Source: Sminthopsis crassicaudata (taxonomy: Eukaryota). Taken from it: a DNA stretch of 64,000 bases. Location: contig NC_133617.1 of the NCBI RefSeq assembly GCF_048593235.1, positions 419,968,958-420,032,957 on the forward strand, in the 5' to 3' direction. A program made the translations under genes and the position numbers. The notes below the pieces were generated by a model that saw only the letters and a program-made list of their open reading frames with translations, made no database searches and was not told the origin of the DNA. Positions 24,451 to 35,384 of this stretch are shown in pieces; the stretch's first letter is position 1; every line of letters begins with the position of its first letter.

Positions 24451-26533
24451 CTAGCAGTGCCTCCTCCCAGGGTCCTGGCTTATTCCCGGCCTCCCCAGAG
24501 TTAGTGAGGCTCCTGCCTGGGAAGCATGGCGCCCAGCTGGAAGCCCCTCCCACAGCGAAGCCTCCGGGCGAGTGGGTGGCTGGGGACAGAGAAGGGGAGC
24601 CACATTTGATCCACAGTCATCCATTAAGTGCTCATTGGACACCAGACACTGACTTTTCATTGGAGATTCAGACATAAATAAAAGCTCGTGATGCAGTCTT
24701 GGGGAGGACGCAGAGGTTCCTGGAGCTGGTAGGCTGCCCTATCTTAGGCTGACATTCTTTCTCCACTACCCAGGCTCCGATACAAACCTTGAAACGGCGC
24801 CAGCACCTTGTGCCAAGAAAGAATCCTCCCGTGAGTACAACTGCTGTGGAGAAGAGAGCTGGGGGAGGCTGTGGGGACTCGGTGGGAGAGAAGGACCGAG
24901 GCGCTCGTCCGTGTGCCAGGGCAGCAGATGCCCGGGTCGGTGCCCGCTGTGTTCTTGGCCCCAGCTAGCTGCTGGGAATTCAGAGACAGAAATGAAAAGG
25001 TTCCTGCTCTCCAGGCTCTTCTTTTCTTCTGGGAGAAGGCAACATCGTTTGAGGAGCACCAGACAACTAGTAGCTGGTGTGGACAGAGCAGGAAGAGGAG
25101 AAGGAAGAGAAGGCAGTGCCTAAGTTGAGCTTTAAAGGGAGCTCATTCCGCCTAGGCTAGGGCCTGCAACTTGCCACAGACTTAGTGCCCAAGTGCCACA
25201 GCAAGCATGATTTTCAGGGATTAAAACATGCACATTTTATAAAAAGTGTCCTCTTCTGCATGAGTCCCCCTCCTAAGCGGGTTGTAAGCTACAGGACCGA
25301 CTGCCTAGTCTTTCCCTAACATTAGCACTTGTGGGGAAGGTTAAGTCGGGAAAGCCACGGAAGGGGTCAGGGTTGGGATCAGCAGGTAAATCTGAGTGCA
25401 TCTGCCCTCCTTCTGCAGCTCCTGAGGAGAAGCAGGCCAGCCCTGCCCCCACCCAGATTCCAGGTAAAGCTGAGGAGCTTCACTTTTCTTGGGTGATTTG
25501 GGGTGTTCCTAAGACCATGCTGGGAGGGGGGCATGATGGGGAGTGAAGTCTCTAGAGGAATAAAGATATTGAGGAAATAGAAAGCATGAGGAAGAAAACC
25601 CCCTGCGGACGAGAGTTAAATGTGTGGGGTAGAGAACCTGGAAGGTGGGGGTCCTTTGGCAGAATGCTATAGCCTGGGAAAGGGTGAGCACCACTGACTG
25701 GCTGTTGTTCCCCCAAGTTCTCATCTCATGGTATCCCCACTCCCTCTCTTCCCTCACCCCCCCACTTCCCCAGCTCTTTGGAGCCTTTCCCATCATGATA
25801 GTCAGCCAGCTTTGCCCAGTGCGCCCTTCTCTATTTTCAAGAGAGCTGAGACCAGCCCTGTCTTGGAGCTAGATGAACAGGGCTGAGTTGGGAGTAAAGG
25901 GGACAGAATCCTCATGGCAGTGGAGGAGTATGAGGAGGTGGAGCCCAGCAGGACTTAGCATGGTTTTTTTGCCTCCCCCTACCCAAGAAGAGCCTCCAGC
26001 TTTGGTGCCGGAGATCCCAGTCCGGCCAGATCTGGTCCCTCAGGGAGCCAGAGAAGAGCCCACCCATGTGTCAGCACTGCAGGGTAAGCTTCCTCCCCGC
26101 CCCTCCCTCACTGGGGCTCGGGCCTGGGCGTGGGGGTGGCAGGAGGAGGCCTTGACCTGCCTGGCGTACTGTTGCAGGCCCTGGGGTGGTGAGCCTCCTC
26201 CAGAACATGCAGGAGCTTCTGGTGCAGATCTTGCGAACGTCAAGGCAGCAGCAGGCGCTGCTCGAGAGCTTGGCCCAAGACACGGTCTCCCACCTGCATC
26301 TGCTTTCTGACGGCCTGGGCCAAATGGGCCAGACCCTGCAGGCCCTGCTGATGCACAGCCCCAGCTGGCAGAACCCCCGGTCCCTGCTCACGCCCGCACC
26401 TGCCCCTGCTCGACCTCACCCCCCGGCCCTAGGCCTACACGCTCCCCATTCCCCCTCCATTCCTGTTGCCCCTGCCAGCCCCTGCCTAAAGGAAGAGACC
26501 ATCCTGCCCCCACCCAGGTTTGCACCATTATGA
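24062..26533 (+). CDS. Uncharacterised Myb/SANT-like (Myb_DNA-bind_4/trihelix-type) DNA-binding protein with a C-terminal coiled coil, 297 aa
   Basis: Exons 24062-24401, 24774-24830, 25419-25463, 25988-26083 and 26178-26533; all GT-AG; 894 nt in one frame. An in-frame TGA lies immediately before the ATG. The N-terminus GRAWTQQEI..LL..I...LWQSIS..L...GYGRSVAQCRSKWKALK fits the Myb/SANT-like pattern. Confidence 0.8.
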
Positions 26534-27340
26534 ATCTGGACCCACTCCCTTCAAGTGGAGAGTGCAAGCCAATAAGACAACTCTCTCACCTCCTTTGTCC
26601 TGCTGGTGAATACAGAGTCCCGGGTCCCCCCACCCCAAGTAGTCTGTTCCCAAGACTGGAGACTTTTATGTAAATGTCCTCATATTTTAGAAAATATTTA
26701 ATTTAAAAGAAACATGCATCCTTTTTTTACAGTGAGAGATTATTTGATTAAAAAAATTTAAACAGCAGGAGAGGGGACTGTGTCCCTGGATCCACCCTGT
26801 TCTTTCAATTTCTTGGAAGCTGTCTCAGGGACTGAGGACAAAGGCTGCAGACACTGGTCATCTTGCTTGTCCTGGATCAGAATGATCCTGGCTTCCCCCT
26901 AACCTGCAGACATCCTTGCTCATAGGAGCTCTCACACCTGTGCTTGCTCTCTCATGCTATTAGGTCTTCTCACAGCTGTGTGTGTGCTTGCCCCCCAACC
27001 CCCCCAACACTGCCACCACTTCCTGTATTTCTGAAGAAACAACTAGAGGAGGGGAGTTGGGGCCGGAACTGGTTAACCTCAGAGGGACAGAGATGGGAGG
27101 ATTCATGAAAGCAGGGAGTTGGAAGGTGGAGTGGGTGTCTTGTCCAGGCTAGAAGCCTCCCCTGCCTCCTAGTATGGAGAGAGGCCACTGTCTCTGGGGG
27201 GGTACGCTCCCCTGCTATGTCCCGTGGTCATAACTCAAATGAAAACAACTGTGGGTCGGAAGGGAAGGTCAGGATGGGACTTCTTCCTACGGACAATGGC
27301 CTCCCTCTCAAATGTGTTTGATGCTGGGATCTGGGTCCTG

Positions 27341-28335
27341 TCACTCATCTCCTGGCTGGCTGTTGGCATAGTCCTCGTTAGGGAAGGCCGCCCGACGGGT
27401 CTGAGAGCCCACCGAGGCGTAGAGTTCAGGCTCCGGGAGCCGGGGCTTGGGGGTAGACTGCTCAGGCTCCAGCATCATCACCACCTCTGAGTATTTAATG
27501 GGGGACCCTGCATTGGGTCCTGGGGGGCGACCCTGAGGAGGCTGCAGCTGCAGGCTGGCATAGCACATTGCTTCTTCTCCCACCTGGGAATAAAGACAGG
27601 GTAGGGGATGTGAAGGGGACCCCAAGATCCTCATCCCTAGATTCACCCGAATTGGGCACCAGGTCAAACTTACTCGGGGGATGTCTCCTGCTGATTGCTC
27701 CTGAAGAATAGGCCCTGGCTTCTGCGGGAGCCGCCCTGAGATAGGATGGAACAAGAGCCTCATTCATGAGTTCCCAAATCCCTCTCTCCCACCCTTTTCA
27801 CTTGCTCTGGAAAACCCTTTTGCCTTACCCTGGTTCTTTCCCCCTCACCTGTTTGCAGGTACGTCAGGTTCCCATACAGTGGTACCTCTTCCACAGGCCT
27901 CTTAGGGCTACGAAATAAAGGAGAGGGGAGGGAACAAGTAAGATGGGAAAGCTGATGGTGCAAAAACGTCCCTCTGGAGTCTGAAGGATTAAGGGTGGCA
28001 GAGGGAAGGGCCTCTGTCCGGTGTCTTTCACCAGCAGTCTCACCTGTCCTGCTCCTGCAAAGTCTTGTTCTTTTTTCTGGTCCATCGGATTAGGTGTTCA
28101 GCCAGTGCCAAAAGGAGCAACAGAGTCACCACGCCCAGCAGGGCCCACAGCCCAAAGGCACACTGCAAGTCCGGGAACCCTGAAAGCCAGTCACTGGGCC
28201 ATCACCACACCCTCTTCTTGGCCAAGCCCTCCCCCTGTAGCCATACTGCCCCCCAACCTCCAACCTGCTCACACCCACCCGCCCTCCCATCCCCACCTCA
28301 CCAGCTGTAACATTGGAGCATTTCTTATCGTTCAT
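27341..28335 (-). CDS. SIT1: Signaling threshold-regulating transmembrane adaptor 1, 177 aa
   Basis: Exons 28335-28302, 28179-28044, 27907-27849, 27735-27674 and 27583-27341; all GT-AG. TM segment GLWALLGVVTLLLLLAL; motifs EEVPLYGNL, MCYASL, IKYSEV, ELYASV and YANSQP match SIT1. Syntenic position. Confidence 0.95.
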
Positions 28336-29559
28336 TAATGCCCAAGATATGTGGGTCTGAGCCTTCCAGGACAAATGCTGCTCCTTGATCCCCTGGAGCC
28401 AAGTCACTGTGGGATTGGGGGGCCCCCGGCTTTCTCCCCGTCCCTGCCTCAATCACCCTTTCCCCTGAAGCTCAACAACCAGCCACAGCTACAAAAGCCA
28501 CAGGAGCTTCCTTCCGGAGCACAGAGACAGGGGAAATGCTCCCCCCTCCCCAGATGTGGGAGTCCAATGAAAATAACTCCTCCTGCTCTCACCTCTTTTC
28601 TCTGCATTTTGACCTAATTGTTATTATGGAGTATTGAGGGGAGAGATTCCATATTGACTGAAAGGCAGGAGATTTCAGATCTATTAACATAGGGCGTTTT
28701 GGCTCCAGCCTCATGTACCTACCATGCCTTCCTGCTCCCACCGATCCAGAGTGAGTAGTCTTGCGATGCAGTGGAGGGAAGGAACAGGGGATGGAGAGGA
28801 GGGACGAAATCTGGGGCTCTGCCTGATAACTAGTTCTCCTTTCTAGCTTCCTTATTTCTAAAGCTGCCCAGATTAGAAGGAACCTCTCCTCTTTTATTCC
28901 TGCTGTAAGTAAAGCTTTTCCTGTTCTATGTGCTCAGCATCCCATCTTAGTTTACTTTTCTTTGGATTACTAGTTGGGCTCCCCTGCTACCAGCTTCTTT
29001 CTTCATCATGCCATCCAATCGGTATTCCTAACATACAAGCACATTTCAGTAGTACCCCAATTGCCTTCTTTATTCTGACCTCAGTCTTCCTTTTCAACCT
29101 CTTCATTTTAGTTTCCTCTAATCCGTAATCAAAAGGCAAGACATAAGCTTCCTTTTGATTTAGAGAGAGATAAACAGCACAAGTGATGAGCTATGGGGTC
29201 TCCAGGCACTGCATTCATCTTTTCTGGGGGTGTCCTCTCTGCTTTCTGGTATTTGGTGCTTCCTTGTCTCCAGCTTCCTTTCCATGTCAGATAATAGTTA
29301 CTCTATGGAGACAAGTCTGATTGAGCATTCACCTCCCTCAACTATTTAAGGCACAACCCTCTCAACTTTTCTTTTCCATTAAATTGCAGTCCTCCATCTA
29401 GACTGAGGATTATTTTAGGATATGTCAGGAGAGCCCAGGGAAGCAGTAAGCCAAAAAGCTTCTTCTATAAGAAATGGTATTTCTTTCCTTATCCCAAACC
29501 AAAATACCTTGTCCATAGGAGGGGAGGCCAGGTTTGTTACTATTGGTATTGTGCTTTTT

Positions 29560-30232
29560 GTTTTTTCTCCATATTTTTTGTGGGTTCTTTTGCTCTGCAA
29601 TTTGTTTTTTTTTTTTTTATTTTATAAGTATAACATTTTTTGACAGTACGTATGCATGGGTAATTTTTTACAACATTATCTCTTGCACTCACTTCTGTTC
29701 CAAATTTTCCCCTCCTCCCCTCCACCTCCTCCCCTAGATGGCAGGCAGTACCATACATGTTAAGTGTTTTTATAGCATATCCTAGATACAATATATGTGT
29801 GCAGAACCGAATTTCTTGTTGCACAGGAAGAATTGGATTCAGAAGGTAAAAATAACCTGGGAAATAAAACAAAAATGCAAACAGTTTACACTCATTTCCC
29901 AGTGTTCCTTCTCTGGGTGTAGCTGATTCTGTCCATCATTGATCAATTGGAACTGCATTGGATCTTCTCTTTGTTGAAGATTTCCACTTCCATCAGAATA
30001 CATCTTCATACGGTATCATTGTTGAAGTGTATAGTGATCTCCTGGTTCTGCTCATTTCACTCAGCATCAGTTCATGTAAGTCTCTCCAAACCTCTCTGTA
30101 TTCCTCCTGCTGGTCATTTCTTACAGAACAATAATATTCATATACCATAATTTACCCAGCCATTCTCCAATTGATGGGCATCCATTCATTTTCCAATTTC
30201 TAGCCACTATGAAAAGGGCTGCCACAAACATT
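29560..30232 (-). mobile_element. 5'-truncated L1 with TSD gtattgtgcttttt (29546-29559 / 30235-30248)
   Basis: Poly-T, then L1 3'UTR and ORF2 end in reverse complement; matching flanks. Confidence 0.85.
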
Positions 30233-30689
30233 TTGTATTGTGCTTTTTTTAAAAGCTTCTTGACTTCAGTTTTATTTTTCTAATTGTATCCTTGGCACCT
30301 AACTCTGTTCTTCACATATGGAATAATGTTTCATGATTGAGTCATATCATACATAGAATTATATAATGGAAGAGACTTCAAAGACCAGCTAGTCAAACCT
30401 TTTATGGCATAGAGAGAGAGTGGAGCTCCAGAGACAAAGTATTTCACCTAAAATCACAGAGCTAGTATCTTGTCATTATGAAAATGATAATTGTTATAAC
30501 AGTAATAGTATCTTATTTTCTTGTAAGAGTTAAATGACTTGCCCAAGGTCTCAGAGCTAGAAAGTGTTAAGTATTTTAGGCTAGATTTGAACTCAGGTCC
30601 TCTGACTCCAGGATAGGTAATCTATCTACTATAAAATAGTATCTTTGAAGAACTTTAAGGTTTGTAAAGCACTTTACCCTCACAACATT

Positions 30690-31465
30690 CTTGTTTTTTT
30701 TTCTTTTTTTATTATATTTTTAAAAATATTTTTATATTATACCTTTGTATTGATAGAACATATGCATAGGTCATTTTTCAACATTGTTCTTTGCACTCAC
30801 TTTTGTTCCAACTTTTCCCTTCCTTCCCTCCATCCCCTCCCCTAGATGGCAGGCAGTCTCATACATGGTCAACATGTTAAGATATATCTTAAATACAATA
30901 TATGTGTACATATTTGTACAGTTCTCTTGTTGCACAAGAAAAATCGGATTCAGGAGATAAAAATAACCTGGGAAGAAAAACAAAAATGCAAGTAGTCCAC
31001 ATTTATTTCCCAGTGTTCTTTCTCTGGGTGTAGCTGGTTCATCACTGATCAATTGGAACTGAATTAGATCTTCTCCTTGCCGAAGATATCCACATCCATC
31101 AGAATACATCCTCATACAGTATTCTTGTTGAAGTGTATAATGATCTCTTGGTTCTGTTCATTTCACTCAGCATCAGTTCATGTAAGTCTCTCCAGGCCTT
31201 TCTGAATTCATCCTGCTGGTCATTTCTTACAGAACAATAATATTCCATAACATCCATATACCATAATTTATTCAGCCATTCCCATACTGATGGGCATCCA
31301 CTCAGTTTACAATTTCTTGTCACTAGGAAAAGGGCTGCCACAAACATTTTTGCACATATGGATCCCTTTTCCTTCTTTAGTATTTCTTTGGGACATAAGC
31401 CGAATAGAAACACTGCTGGATCAAAGGGTATGCACAGTTTGATAACTTTTTGAGCATGGTTCCAA
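30690..31465 (-). mobile_element. 5'-truncated L1
   Basis: The minus ORF 31099-31413 reads [39 protein letters not shown] (L1 ORF2 C-terminus). Confidence 0.9.
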
Positions 31466-31809
31466 AGTGGAAAGATGGAGAGCCATCTTTTCTATACTTT
31501 CAAAGATTTTTGTTCCATATAGCTCAGAAATCATGTCTTTGGTTTGGAAACATCTATGAAAATCATTGTTCCCAAATTGTTTTGAATCAATGCTGTATCC
31601 AGGTGTTTATGGACAATAAGCCTGTGGTAATAGACTGGTTGTGGTACATTTTACTGAATGACCTCTCCAACATATTTTGAGGTCACATTTGTAGTATGGG
31701 GACTTGTCATCTATCAATCCATGAAATATAGTGAGCTTCTGGCATCAAATTCTAACCACCAAGTCATATCTTGCTAGGTATTTGGTAAGTACTATGGTAT
31801 TGTGCTTTT

Positions 31810-32840
31810 TTTTTTTTTTAATTTAGAATTTTTTTCCACAGTATATATGCATGAGTAATTTTTTTTGTAATATTATCCCTTGTATTCATTTTTCCAAATT
31901 ATCCCCCCCTCCCTCCACTCCCTCCCCCCGATGACAGGCAATCCCATACATTTTACATGTGTTACAATATAACCTAGATACAATATATGTGTGTAAATAC
32001 CATTTTCTTGTTGCACATTAAGTATTAGATTCCGAAGGTATAAGTAACCTGGGTAGATAGACAGTAGTGCTAACAATTTACATTCACTTCCCAGTGTTCC
32101 TTCTCTGGGTGTAGTTATTTCTGTCCAACCTTGATCAATTGGAAGTGAGTTGGATCTTCTTTATGTTGAAGATCTCCACTTCCATCAGAATACATCTTCA
32201 TACAGCATTGAAGTGTACAGCGATCTTCTGGTTCTATTCATTTCATTCAGCATCAGTTGATGTAAGTCTCTCCAAGCCTCTCTGTATTCCTCCTGCTGGT
32301 CATTTCTTACAGAGCAATAATATTCCATAACCTTTATATACCATAATTTACCCAACCATTCTCCAATTGATGGGCATCCGTTCATTTTCCAGTTTCTAGC
32401 CACTACAAAAAGAGCTGCCACAAACATTTTAGCACATACAGGTCCCTTTCCGCTCTTTAGTATTTCTTTGGGATATAAGCCCAATAACAGCAATGCTGGG
32501 TCAAAAGGTATGCACAGTTTGATAACTTTTGGGGCATAGTTCCAGATTGCTCTCCAGAATGGCTGGTTTCGTTCAAAACTCCACCAGCAATGTATTAGTG
32601 TCCCAGTTTTCCCACATCCCCTCCAACATTCATCATTATTTGTTCCTGTCATCTTAGCCAATCTGACAGGTGTGTAGTGGTATCTCAGAGTTGTCTTAAT
32701 TTGCATTTCTCTGATCAGTAGTGATTTGGAACACTTTCATATGAGTGGATATAGTTTCAATTTCATCATCTGAGAATTGTCTGTTCATATACTTTGACCA
32801 TTTATCAATTGGAGAATGGTTTGATTTCTTATAAATTAGG
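31810..32840 (-). mobile_element. Relatively young 5'-truncated L1 with a 17-bp TSD (31793-31809 / 32842-32858)
   Basis: 173-aa open ORF2 C-terminus ([18 protein letters not shown]...[16 protein letters not shown]); TSD tatggtat[t/c]gtgctttt. Confidence 0.92.
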
Positions 32841-33059
32841 ATATGGTATCGTGCTTTTAAGCTTCTGTGGAATAGCCTGGCCCCCTTGTCTCGCCGCTTA
32901 CACTCAGCCAAGCCTCAGCTTTGGGTCACTCCCACCCCTTGTGGCCTTTATGCCTACATAGGTGCTTCTGGAAGAATGGGGAGAAAATCATACAGCCATT
33001 CTGAGTGGTTCCACTGCAAATTTATGATATACAACATCCTCTGTGCCTTCACTGCTTTG

Positions 33060-34460
33060 AGGCAGTCCTATATCTCCCTCATGAACTCAACATCCCCTTC
33101 TCCACAGCAGCTCTTCCAAACCTTTTCATTCCTCCTCAATGCTTCCCCTCCCAATACTCCCCAGAACTTTGCCTCAACATTGGGGGGGGGAGCCATTTGA
33201 TACGAACTCCTTCTTTTCCCTTCTTTCTCATCTCCTATTGCCCAAGTGCCTTCTGCCACATTCTCCTCCTTCCCCCATTTCACATGAAGGAGTGGTTTTA
33301 TCTCTTACCAGGGCTTAAGCCCTCTACATATTCAAGTGAACCTATTCAATCCTGTTTTCCCCAATGGATTGCCCCTCTGTCATCCTGACTCTTCTATTTA
33401 TTTTCAGTCTCCCTATCTGCGGAGTCATTTCCTTTTGTTGTTTAGCCATTTCTAGTTAGCCTGGCTCTTCATTGTGACATTCTTGACAACGATACTAGAG
33501 TGGTTTGCCATTTCTTTTTCCAGCTCATTGTACAGATGAGGCAAACAGAGTTATGTGACTTGTCCGGGGTCCCACAGTCACTAAGTTTTTGAGGCTAGAA
33601 TTCAGCTCAGGAAGATGAGTCTTTTTGACATCAAACGCAGCACTCTATCCACTTCACCACTGAACTGCTGGAACCATTTCTTGCTTTTTACAAATATAGC
33701 CATGTCTTCCCATGCTGAAAAAACCCTCACTTAATCCTTCCATTTGCTATATCTCTCCTACCCTTCCTAGCATTAATAATAGATGCATCTTCTCACTTTC
33801 CTCCCCCTCTCTTCTTAACCAGTTACAGACTGGCCTTTGACCTTACTATTCCACGGAAATCACTCTCTCTAAAATTACCAGGGATCTCTTAGTTGCTAAA
33901 TCCACTGGCCTTTTCTCAAACCTTGTTCTCCTTGACCTCTCTGCAGCCTTGGACCTAGCTGACATCTCTCTTTATCCCTGTCTCTATGTGTGTGTGTATG
34001 TGTGGATCTCTGTCTCTCTTTTGCTTTGTTTGTCTGTCTCTCGAGGTTTTCATTCTACTATCTGATCACGCCTTCTCTCTCCTTTCCTGGATCCCTCTCT
34101 AGGTCACATCCACTAACCTTAGGGGTCCCTTGGGTTCTGTCTGGGGCATTTTTCTCCTTCTATACTAACTAGATGATTTCATCAGCTCCCATAGATTAAT
34201 TTGCAAATGATTCTTAAATTCTTAAATCTGCCTGCCTCAAGTCTCCCCACTGTAATCCAGTCATTACAATGAATTTCCCCCAAAGTAGCTCATGTTACAC
34301 TGCTCTCCCCCTTCCCCCCCCCCCAATAAGCTCTAGTGGCTCCCTACTGCCTCCAGGAGCAAATGGCTATTCCACAAACACTCTATCTCTGGGCTCCCTG
34401 CATTCTCTCAGGCTGTCCCCCATGCCTATAAAGCTCTCCTTCTTGCGCTGCAACTACTTT
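33060..34460 (+). mobile_element. L2 remnant (RT region) with a nested SINE
   Basis: cttgttctccttgacctctctgcagccttggac translates to LVLLDLSAALD, the L2 RT motif; CT-rich strand. Confidence 0.75.
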
Positions 34461-34700
34461 CTGTGCTTTGCTGTAAACCCAGATTAAAACCCACTTTCTG
34501 CAGGAAGCAGAAAATTTCCAGTCCCTTGCAGTACTTTTCTTTTTAAAATTTATTTTCTATTTATCCTGTACTCGCTTTGTGAATACGTTTGCGAATACGT
34601 TTGCTTGTCTTCTTGTTTGGAGTACAAAGCACCATCTTTTTGTGCATCCCCAGGACCTAGCTCGGTCGGGAAGAATTGGTTGTTGCAGCTGCTTATAAAA

Positions 34701-34987
34701 GGCTGGACGCGCTGAGAATGAGCCCCGTGGAGTTGGTGCGCGTGGCGGCGCACTGCCTGCGTAACTATCCTTCTCTGACTAAGGACGGCCTCGCCGCGCT
34801 CCTTCCACTCGACTCTTCCACCGAAGTAGAAGGGCTTCTTGGCGGGGCTACAGGGAGCTGCGACATAGGCCAGACGCACATGCGTGCGTGGCACTTTCTG
34901 CCAGAGGTCCGGGGACTTTCCCCTAGGCGCAGAATAAGGAACATGTCCCCCGTTTGTAGCCTAGGCAACAGGCCTTCAGCAAGCGCC
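34701..34987 (-). ncRNA. RMRP: RNase MRP RNA, ~287 nt
   Basis: The reverse complement reads GGCGCTTGCTGAAGGCCTG..CCTAGGCTAC...CCTAGGGGAAAGTCCCCGGACC...CCGCCAAGAAG...TAGTTACGCAGGCAGTGCG...CACGGGGCTCATTCTCAGCGCG, collinear with human RMRP. A TTTT terminator follows at 34697-34700. Confidence 0.97.
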
Positions 34988-35012
34988 TCAAGACGAGGGC
35001 ACCACTCCAGCG

Positions 35013-35240
35013 TTTATAAAGCTCCAAAGATCGTATTACTTTTACATTGTGGTTAGAATACTGATTTTTTCAGGATTCCCGAAATGGTGCTTTTTTGTTA
35101 AAAACAAAATTAGCACGTAACGTATAGGGGGTACATATTGTGGAAAAATCATTGAAAGAAACAGTGCTCCTGGAGAATTTAAGAGAGGAATGAGTCCGGC
35201 ATGCACCCGGACACTGGTTAGGTGAATATATTATGTAAAT
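35013..35240 (-). promoter_or_regulatory. Type-3 Pol III promoter of RMRP
   Basis: TTTATAAA at 35013-35020 (about -26 to -33); PSE-like CTAACCACAATGTAAAAGT at 35056-35038; octamer-like ATGTAAAT at 35233-35240. Confidence 0.8.
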
Positions 35241-35384
35241 AAATGCCTTAGCCGCACTCTTCCGTGCTGGGGTGGGCGGGGCTAGTTGGACGTACGTACG
35301 TACGTGCGTGTCGTCACGGGCTGCATGCCTACTTCGCTCCCACGCTGCTGTGCTGCTAGGCGAGGCTCGCGCCGCTCGCTCGAC

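Noticed and set aside
23900-26600. A Harbinger DDE transposase partner or terminal inverted repeats near the Myb/SANT-like gene
   Set aside because: None was seen. The gene is intron-containing and host-like, so an active transposon is not supported.
34581-34604. 12-bp tandem duplication gaatacgtttgc x2 downstream of RMRP
   Set aside because: It has only two units and lies beyond the terminator; probably replication slippage.
34550-35056. ORFs overlapping RMRP
   Set aside because: They are explained by the GC-rich structured RNA gene and have no coding hallmarks.
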